Shown one piece after another: positions 53,882 through 64,000 of a stretch of 64,000 nucleotides of DNA. Below the pieces are notes generated by a model. The model had not been told where the DNA came from. It was given only the letters and a program-made list of their open reading frames with translations, and searched no databases. The stretch lies in the NCBI RefSeq assembly GCF_009914755.1, contig NC_060932.1; one strand, given 5' to 3'. The first letter of the stretch is position 1; the number at the start of each line of letters is the position of its first letter. This stretch comes from the human T2T-CHM13v2.0 reference genome, Homo sapiens. Made by a program: the position numbers and the translations under genes.

Positions 53882-55646
53882 GTACGTTGACTCTGGCCAG
53901 TGGAAAAAACTGAGCCTCTCTCCTTTGTTCAGACGCCTTGAAGTTTATTTTCGAAAGCTCTTAAGCTTTTAGCTGCTGCCATTAATCACCATGGCTTCCA
54001 GGAATCCAGGTTTTTGCCAGGAGAAAATAATGGGAACATTTTTAAAAGTGGATTTGGTTACTGTAAAATCAGCACATTTCCTCTTATAAAGTGTTCATTA
54101 AGGGGTTGGAATAATAGTGTTGGGTTTGTTCTGCAAGGAGGCCATAGCTGGGGCTTGCGTGGAGAGAGTGGGGAGAAAACAAATTTAATAGTACGATAAT
54201 CAAAAAGAATGTTTTCATATATAACTTGGAAATACAGGCTACTCCATTCTGTAACTGATTAGTACAGATAACCGAGCAAAGAGCTTTAGAGTTATTTTCT
54301 TAGGGCAATTCACAGTGCCTGATGATTTACTGGTTATGATTTCCAAAGGATTCTGATTTCCTTTAGGGCGTGGAAAGGTCAAGTGACTTATCAAACACCC
54401 TTCTCAGTAGCAAAAGAAGAGTGTCATGCCAGCTTCTTCCCTGGCCCTTTCTAAATGATGTCAAGCCCTCCAGATGAAATATATCCATAATCATTAAAAT
54501 ATTTTTTTCATACTGTACCAAACACTCAGCATTCAGTTTTTTAAATACAACTAGATCATAGAATATTAGGTTCTGGAGAGTTTGAAGATATTATCTTTCA
54601 AATCTCTCTTTTTCTTTTTACAGATAAGGGCCAGAGCCGCACCATCTCTTGGCTTTTGGAGTATTGCTCTTTATATTCCAGCATCATCCTTCTTATTTTC
54701 AAATTATTGCTCTGATGTATGGTTTTTTTAATACACAAAGCTTGAAGCTTATATTGTAGTACCATTTTCTATCCTATAGAAAAAGGCATATTTTGAATGG
54801 AACAGATATATCATAGACCCAACTACAGAGTTGGTGGTTACTAAACTATCAGCAAGTCTTGTAGCAAAAACCTTCAAAACTTTGTTGGAGCAAGGTGCTT
54901 ATAGGTTAACACACTCTGTTGCCTTTTCACCCTCTAACAGTGTTCATCACAATGTTCTCCACATTTGATAACGATATTCACTACAAAAGGAACTATAATC
55001 TGTCACTCTGCATGTTATAATATATAAACGGTAGAATGACTGCCTAGATTACATTTACTGCTCACATTGTGCATCTTTGGGCTTTAACTTTTCTCAACCT
55101 TATTTCTTCAATATAAAAACAGACCTAAAAATAATACCTACTTCAGAGACTCCTTGTGAGCCTTAAATAAGGTAATTTGCATAAAACACTTAGTCTAGTG
55201 GCATTTAGTGAGTGTTCAATAATTGTTAAGTATTTTTTTCATTAGATTCACTGAGCTTATGTTGCCTTCCAAAAAGCAATAGTGAAATGGTTCAGGGACT
55301 GGAAGTAGGTCACTGTGTATCCTTTCCTTAAATCAAGCTAGCTGTACTTCCCAGGAAGATCCACATGGAATAGCCTTTCCACTAAGAGAACCAGCTAGAG
55401 TTTCAAGCATAATTCAAGCTGTATATTTTTGGATCTCCCTGAATATATTTAGAGCCCGCAGACCGTCAGATTATAAAGTGCCTTATTTCATCAAAGAGTA
55501 TTCCTTTCTATTGGTTTTCCTATTATTTAACTCAATTTGGTATAAATACTAACAGCAATTAAAACACAACTTCAAAAAGGGGCCTCCCTCCCTAATAGAA
55601 ACAGTAAAAACTACTGTGGTTTGCTGATAAAAATAAAGTAGACTCT

Positions 55647-55927
55647 GACTAGGCATGGTGGCTCACACCTGTAATGCCAGCACTTTGGGAGGCAGAGGTG
55701 GACGGATCACCTGAGGTCAGGAGTTTAAGACCAGCCTGGCCAACATGGTGAAACCCCATCTCTGCTAAAAATACAAAAATTAGCTGGGCATGGTGGCATA
55801 TGCCTGTAATCCCAACTACTCGGGAGGGTGAGGCAGGAGAATTGCTTGAACCGGGAGGTGGAGGTTGCAGTGAGCTGAGATTGCACCACTGCTCTCCAGC
55901 CTGGGCAACAGAGTGAGACTCCATCTC

Positions 55928-55958
<31 letters not shown>

Positions 55959-55960
55959 AG
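55647..55960 (+). mobile_element. AluS-like element
   Basis: Alu match; TSD aaagtaga(c/a)tct. Confidence 0.95.
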
Positions 55961-56659
55961 AAGAAAAGAAAAGAAAGAAAGAAGAGAGAAAAGTAGAATC
56001 TACCTGCATTAAATAGAAATGTCCTCCATATATTATGTGCTTTGTCAAGATGTGTGCATTGACAACAATTGTTAAGTCCCTTATCAGTAGCCTTGTTAGC
56101 CCTACCACTGCTAACAAGTTAAACATTTCAGTGACATTAGTAGGGCAACATGGGCACTAGGAAATGGAAGGAGAAAGGTAGGCCCAACATATAGAGATTC
56201 TGAATATTTTTTTCTAGTGCTTTGAAATTTGAAACTATACAAATCACCTGTCTGCTTCTATTTCAAATAGCATTTAGCCTTCTTCACCTTGCAATACCAT
56301 GAAACAAATGAATGTTGGATGGATATTTGTATGGAATTCTAGTCATTAATTTAAAATAAAATAGAAGAAATAGGACTTTTGCTGATAAAATGTAGTTGGG
56401 ATGATGGGCCGTACATTGGATGCACATCCAGAGAGTATTTTTTTTTTTAACTCTATTCATCTAATCTAAAAGCCACAGTAGCCAGGACAGGATTTTCCAC
56501 CTGGCCATTGGGGAAATGGAATTTATTACAAATCAGCTGTACAAAAATAGATTTGTGTGTTTCTGACAGTGTTAACGTTTTTATTTACATGACAATATTA
56601 GTGCTTTGATTGACATGAATCTACGTGAATCTTCAAGTTGTGTCTCTTTGTTTATCCAG

Positions 56660-56790
56660 CAATACGTATCTAAAAACGTCATCTCCAGTGAGCATATTGT
56701 TGAGAGAGAAGCAGAGACATCCTTTTCCACCAGTCACTATACTTCCACAGCCCATCACTCCACTACTGTCACCCAGACTCCTAGCCACAG
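56660..56790 (+). CDS. NRG1: Cytoplasmic exon 2 (131 nt)
   Basis: tttatccag|CAA TAC GTA... encodes QYVSKNVISSEHIVEREAETSFSTSHYTSTAHHSTTVTQTPSH(S); donor AG|gtatga. Confidence 0.97.
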
Positions 56791-57553
56791 GTATGAGAAT
56801 TTAAAAATTCCACGGCTTTTCTCTCAGAATGAATTGTTGCACATTGCCTTTTGATATCCCTGCCTAAGAAAGGAGGCAGTGAAATGGATGGTCTTTGGGC
56901 AGCAACAGATTTTGAAAATCAACTGGCTTTGCCCTTAATTCCTGCATAAATTTGAACCTCAATTAGGTAACTCCACAGGGCCGTTGTTTCCCATTCCTGA
57001 GATTGTCTTTACTCATGCCCTGCTACTCACCGAATTGCTACACTGGGACAAGTCTGTCTTTGGCTCTGCAAAATACTTAGAAGTCAATTTCTTTCAGTAA
57101 TTGGATTGCCCTGGGAAATGCACATGAGAATTGGTTAAATAGTGGAACCCTAAATTCTCAAATGCCCTGGTGATCCCCACCTGAGTGCACTTACTCTACC
57201 AAGACCAACACTAGATCTCCAAATGTAGCTCATACAAGGAAATGTTTCTTTAATCTAAGCCACTCAAGAACAGAGAGATTATAATTATATACTGAGGAGT
57301 GGCATTCGAAAATATTTATTGAATGAGTGAACAAGTGAATATACTGTATCCTTACAAAGCCAATCTGAATCAAGATCCTCTCTATAGCAAATTACCTTTG
57401 TGGCGATTCTATTCGGAGACAAGTGATGTTACAGTGAGCTCCGGGTGCATCAGTAGTTTGAAACATTTGTCAGAATCCATTCCTTTCATTTCCATTTTTT
57501 TGCATATAATTTTTGCACGAAATATCTGATTGTCTCTCCCATTTCCTCCGCAG

Positions 57554-57760
57554 CTGGAGCAACGGACACACTGAAAGCATCCTTTCCGAAAGCCACTCTG
57601 TAATCGTGATGTCATCCGTAGAAAACAGTAGGCACAGCAGCCCAACTGGGGGCCCAAGAGGACGTCTTAATGGCACAGGAGGCCCTCGTGAATGTAACAG
57701 CTTCCTCAGGCATGCCAGAGAAACCCCTGATTCCTACCGAGACTCTCCTCATAGTGAAAG
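57554..57760 (+). CDS. NRG1: Cytoplasmic exon 3 (207 nt); read-through AGG TAA (stop 57762-57764) yields the c-tail
   Basis: ctccgcag|C TGG AGC... encodes WSNGHTESILSESHSVIVMSSVENSRHSSPTGGPRGRLNGTGGPRECNSFLRHARETPDSYRDSPHSE(R); donor AG|gtaaaa. Confidence 0.97.
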
Positions 57761-58319
57761 GTAAAACCGAAGGGCAAAGCTACTGCAGAGGAGAAACTCA
57801 GTCAGAGAATCCCTGTGAGCACCTGCGGTCTCACCTCAGGAAATCTACTCTAATCAGAATAAGGGGCGGCAGTTACCTGTTCTAGGAGTGCTCCTAGTTG
57901 ATGAAGTCATCTCTTTGTTTGACGGAACTTATTTCTTCTGAGCTTCTCTCGTCGTCCCAGTGACTGACAGGCAACAGACTCTTAAAGAGCTGGGATGCTT
58001 TGATGCGGAAGGTGCAGCACATGGAGTTTCCAGCTCTGGCCATGGGCTCAGACCCACTCGGGGTCTCAGTGTCCTCAGTTGTAACATTAGAGAGATGGCA
58101 TCAATGCTTGATAAGGACCCTTCTATAATTCCAATTGCCAGTTATCCAAACTCTGATTCGGTGGTCGAGCTGGCCTCGTGTTCTTATCTGCTAACCCTGT
58201 CTTACCTTCCAGCCTCAGTTAAGTCAAATCAAGGGCTATGTCATTGCTGAATGTCATGGGGGGCAACTGCTTGCCCTCCACCCTATAGTATCTATTTTAT
58301 GAAATTCCAAGAAGGGATG

Positions 58320-58329
58320 AATAAATAAA
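58320..58329 (+). terminator. Poly(A) signal of c-tail transcripts (overlapping AATAAA pair)
   Basis: AATAAATAAA about 555 nt after the c-tail stop, followed by GT-rich gggtggtttt (58361-58370) and a G-run cluster. Confidence 0.7.
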
Positions 58330-58584
58330 TCTCTTGGATGCTGCGTCTGGCAGTCTTCACGGGTGGTTTTCAAAGCAGATACTGCCTTCAAGATGGCCCT
58401 TTATTCCAGAATGTTTTGGCTTTCCTTTGGGGAGATTGGGTTGGGTTGGGGGAGTTATAGCAAAGGTAAAATGAAGAATGGAGGAAAGTAAACAAAGAGA
58501 TATTAAATAGTAATATTGAATTCATAGATTCTCTTTCTCCATTTTCACCTGAGCTGGAAGATGACCAGTATTTCTAGCCCATCA

Positions 58585-59508
<924 letters not shown>

Positions 59509-60572
59509 TTTCCCTGCAACCAATCTATGAAAAAGTAGGCAGGGTTTAAACTGTTTTAAAACTTTAGTCTTAAATTCATATTTTTTTAATGTATTAAGGA
59601 AGTCTATCCATTCTGTTTCAATCGTTTTTTGAAACATGAAAAGGAAGTTAGAGATGAAATCATTCTTCATCACTACAAGTGATATTTATCCTTAAATGTT
59701 GACATTTCCCCACTGTGCTGGGCTTCTAGATGATATCTAGGACTACGAAATATTCCTGAACCTAGAGATTATGGAGAGAAAAGATGAATCACTTTTATAT
59801 GTTGGTTGAATTTAAATTAGCATTTCTCAGAGAGCTTAATTTAAGTACCCCCAAAGCCAAAAGTTTGAAGGCTCAAGGCCCACATATTTCAATTTCTCAG
59901 GCACGTTCCCAGTTTAGAGGCAGCTAGCTCTCACGTCTGTATCACTGTGACTCCGGGAGAAGCAGGGAGGTTCATACGTTTTCCGTTCCTGTTAGCAAGA
60001 GTTCAGATGATGGCATTCCATGTCATTTCAGGTCACGTCAAATTAGACTCTGTGAATGCCAGTGTGAAGAAAAGAGTCATTTAGTGTTGTGCGTTGGTAA
60101 CATTTTTTATCAAAAGCTGAGAAATGTGACTCTGAATAAGCCACGTCTTCCTCAGTGCCAAAAGTCAGGACTTCTTATACTGGGGGAAGAAAGCATGGTG
60201 TGGTGAAAACAGTGTGCTCGGTGGCCTAATGGCAAGAGTCACTGAGCATTATCAGACATAACATGATAGAAGGTAACAGGGTACAGCCAACCCTTGAGGC
60301 ATCATGAAAGAGATTGACCAAAGACTGATATAGCTGTGGGTTTTGGAAGAGAGATAGACCAAAGATTGGACATAACCTCCATTGTGGTAACTGTGAAGCC
60401 AAATTAGGTTCTCTCAGGCTTACCTTTGACTGTGTTTGTTGGACACTGGGATGGATAGTTCCAAATTGAATGTTAACTAGTTGCATTTCATGGAAAAAAT
60501 GAAAAGCACACAAATGTATGACACTGTTGTCAGGAATAAATCTAAGTTACTATGCTCTTTTTTTTTCATAAG

Positions 60573-60693
60573 ACATAACCTTATAGCTGAGCTAAGGAGA
60601 AACAAGGCACACAGATCCAAATGCATGCAGATCCAGCTATCAGCAACTCATCTTAGATCTTCTTCCATTCCCCATTTGGGCTTCATTCTCTAA
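60573..60693 (+). CDS. NRG1: b-tail exon coding part (whole exon 60573-60714, 142 nt)
   Basis: ttttttttcataag|A CAT AAC... encodes HNLIAELRRNKAHRSKCMQIQLSATHLRSSSIPHLGFIL-stop; donor AAG|gtatag at 60715. Confidence 0.93.
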
Positions 60694-61102
60694 GACCCCT
60701 TGGCCTTTAGGAAGGTATAGTATTTAAGTAATACTTCTTTCCCTTCCGAATCCCTGAGCCTTGGTCCTTATATAAGCTGAGAGGTTTCCAGGACCTAATG
60801 CCTTCTTGTCTTGGCTCATATGCCATTATTTATAATTGTGATGAGATTGAAAATCCCAAAAGCTTTGATGAGCTAGGCAATTTAGCTGATCTTTGCATGC
60901 ACTCCTGTGAGGAAACTCTTGGCTACCTAAGTTTCGATTCCAAGGGTGTGGAATTTCCTAGCCTAAATAATTAAGCAGCCTACAATGAATAGAAATTCTC
61001 TGTTCTCTGATGATATAATACCGTGAACTCTGTCCCCTTACCTTCCCTGCTATGTGCCTCTTATTGCACCACACTTATGCAGGGTATTCTGTGCTCACAC
61101 AG

Positions 61103-61757
61103 GTATGTGTCAGCCATGACCACCCCGGCTCGTATGTCACCTGTAGATTTCCACACGCCAAGCTCCCCCAAATCGCCCCCTTCGGAAATGTCTCCACCCG
61201 TGTCCAGCATGACGGTGTCCATGCCTTCCATGGCGGTCAGCCCCTTCATGGAAGAAGAGAGACCTCTACTTCTCGTGACACCACCAAGGCTGCGGGAGAA
61301 GAAGTTTGACCATCACCCTCAGCAGTTCAGCTCCTTCCACCACAACCCCGCGCATGACAGTAACAGCCTCCCTGCTAGCCCCTTGAGGATAGTGGAGGAT
61401 GAGGAGTATGAAACGACCCAAGAGTACGAGCCAGCCCAAGAGCCTGTTAAGAAACTCGCCAATAGCCGGCGGGCCAAAAGAACCAAGCCCAATGGCCACA
61501 TTGCTAACAGATTGGAAGTGGACAGCAACACAAGCTCCCAGAGCAGTAACTCAGAGAGTGAAACAGAAGATGAAAGAGTAGGTGAAGATACGCCTTTCCT
61601 GGGCATACAGAACCCCCTGGCAGCCAGTCTTGAGGCAACACCTGCCTTCCGCCTGGCTGACAGCAGGACTAACCCAGCAGGCCGCTTCTCGACACAGGAA
61701 GAAATCCAGGCCAGGCTGTCTAGTGTAATTGCTAACCAAGACCCTATTGCTGTATAA
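61103..61757 (+). CDS. NRG1: a-tail terminal exon coding part
   Basis: cacacag|G TAT GTG TCA... encodes YVSAMTTPARMSPVDFHTP...IANQDPIAV-stop (inside ORF 61023-61757). Confidence 0.98.
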
Positions 61758-64000
61758 AACCTAAATAAACACATAGATTCACCTGTAAAACTTTATTTTA
61801 TATAATAAAGTATTCCACCTTAAATTAAACAATTTATTTTATTTTAGCAGTTCTGCAAATAGAAAACAGGAAAAAAACTTTTATAAATTAAATATATGTA
61901 TGTAAAAATGTGTTATGTGCCATATGTAGCAATTTTTTACAGTATTTCAAAACGAGAAAGATATCAATGGTGCCTTTATGTTATGTTATGTCGAGAGCAA
62001 GTTTTGTACAGTTACAGTGATTGCTTTTCCACAGTATTTCTGCAAAACCTCTCATAGATTCAGTTTTTGCTGGCTTCTTGTGCATTGCATTATGATGTTG
62101 ACTGGATGTATGATTTGCAAGACTTGCAACTTTCCCTCTGTTTGCTTGTAGTAGCACCCGATCAGTATGTCTTGTAATGGCACATCCATCCAGATATGCC
62201 TCTCTTGTGTATGAAGTTTTCTTTGCTTTCAGAATATGAAATGAGTTGTGTCTACTCTGCCAGCCAAAGGTTTGCCTCATTGGGCTCTGAGATAATAGTA
62301 GATCCAACAGCATGCTACTATTAAATACAGCAAGAAACTGCATTAAGTAATGTTAAATATTAGGAAGAAAGTAATACTGTGATTTAAAAAAAAACTATAT
62401 TATTAATCAGAAGACAGCTTGCTCTTACTAAAAGGAGCTCTCATTTACTTTATTTGATTTTATTTTTCTTGACAAAAAGCAACAGTTTTAGGGATAGCTT
62501 AGAAAATGGGTTCTGGCTTGCTATCAGGGTAAATCTAACACCTTACAAGAGGACTGAGTGTCACTTTCTCTCTGGGGGAATGATCCAGCAGCTTATCTAG
62601 TTGACAATCAAAACACGGCTGATAAAGGTGCAATCATTTCTGACATGTATTTTTCACTGATTTTGAAGCTAGTGATTGGTTGTGTCTTCTTGGCTCAAAA
62701 AGAAGCATATTACGGCACAAAAAGCCCAGCCCAGACAGCACATGCAGCATTTTGTCTGAAATACTTCTAGAGTCAAACGTGCCTGCTGTACATAGCGATG
62801 ACTTGTCATCATAGGGAAGTATTTCCATCGTAGAGTGTTCAGAAGGAGTGACTGTATAGGTGGAGAGAAGCTTAGTGACTCCGTTGAAATTTTAAAATGT
62901 GGATGACCACCCCTTTCTCCCCCTTATTTTTCTTTTATCTTTCCATGTTGCCTTGATCAGGTCATAACTATGCATGAACATTTTTTATCAGGAATGGCCG
63001 ATGTGTATGTGATTTGTAATCACAAGTAATGATTCATCAGGAAATGTCAATCCTGTTGGAAAGATTGCACCTTTACTTGCAGAAGTGACCCCCACCTGTG
63101 TCCTGACCTCTCCATTTACAGGCTCTCTCACCCATTTCCCCCACCTCCTTTAATTTTTGCTTTACTGTCATAAAGTAGGACTAAGATTGGTCTAAGCATT
63201 GCATGTTCTTTTGTGATGGTAAATCCAAAGGAAGGCCTATAAGTATTAACATTTGAAATAACTGCTAATTCAGGAAAATGGAAGAAAAAAAATTATTTGA
63301 AACACAGAACCCATTTCATGGCCTGCCTGATATCTGTGAAATCAGGGCTGGAGCTTTACTTAGGATTCACATGGCCTCCTAGGAACCATGGGACAAATGG
63401 GAAACAGGTTATCGGGGGATTCATGAAGTCAGTGAGAGTAATTGCTTCTTTTTTGCGGGTGAACTGAATGTATTTCTTCACCAAATCTTGATGTTAACAA
63501 TTAAAAAGAAGAAATGACATGCAAGTAGGTCTTAGCAGAAAAATGCAGGCTGGGCATGAGTCATGTTGTTACCCTCCCACATGCTCCTACAATCCACAGA
63601 GATGCCTGTCTGCAGGTTCTTGAAGTTATTGTTAGTATTTGGTATCTCAAATTTTTCGTCACTGTTCACATGCCACTTTCTCTGTGCACAGTGGTATCCT
63701 CATTTGCTTTTTAACCTACACTGAGGAGTCTTTGTCAGGTTGCACTGATTTTCCAATTCTGCAGTAATGAGTAAGCTCACGGCATGGGGAAGAAGACAGT
63801 CAGTCCAATGAAGTTCTCTAAATTATTTTAACATTGCCTTTGAAGGCCTTGACTCATCCTTAGCTATTTCAATGAAGAAATTCCTACCATGAATTTAAAA
63901 CCCTAAAAATTCTGTTTCAAATTCTTTGGGCATTGGGGTACTCAGATATCCCATTGTGGAAGAATTTTAAGAATAAATAGAAGTTTCTGTTGAGAACCAT
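61758..64000 (+). other. NRG1: 3' UTR of a/b-tail transcripts with proximal poly(A) signals; probably extends as a long UTR
   Basis: AATAAA at 61764-61769, 61804-61809 and 63972-63977; AU-rich sequence with no recognisable interspersed repeat. The distal extent is inferred. Confidence 0.7.

Noticed and set aside
61319-61774. 151-aa minus-strand ORF
   Set aside because: Antisense shadow of the GC-richer a-tail coding exon; no independent gene signals or recognisable domain.

Overview
This window is human (Alu-bearing primate) genomic DNA covering the 3' part of NRG1 (neuregulin 1, chr8p12) on the + strand. No ORF-track entry is a standalone gene: the real coding sequence is split into small exons that I located by splice sites and translation. 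They are an alternative first exon MQIPKHISIEDIT (19309-19348), common EGF exon (25260-25389), alpha (39324-39391), beta/beta3 (39991-40049/40084), 24-nt linker-1 microexon (46914-46937), transmembrane exon (51725-51827), three cytoplasmic exons, and the c-, b- and a-tails with 3' UTRs. Introns hold about 18 Alus, MIR/L2/L1 relics, MER85, a solo Hsmar1/MADE1 TIR, MER58A and MER5A. The most interesting observations are: (1) a dead 77-nt human counterpart of the rodent-type beta4 linker exon at 44640-44716, with the acceptor AG replaced by AC, two frameshifts and an intact donor; (2) pairs of unique-sequence direct repeats bracketing both the linker-1 microexon and the TM exon, one with a templated-insertion signature; (3) an SRRM4-type microexon code at the linker-1 exon; (4) an a-tail acceptor that is also a consensus donor; and (5) a recurrent stop-in-donor design. 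No prokaryote-type system (CRISPR etc.) is present. Family and isoform names come from recalled knowledge and were not database-checked.
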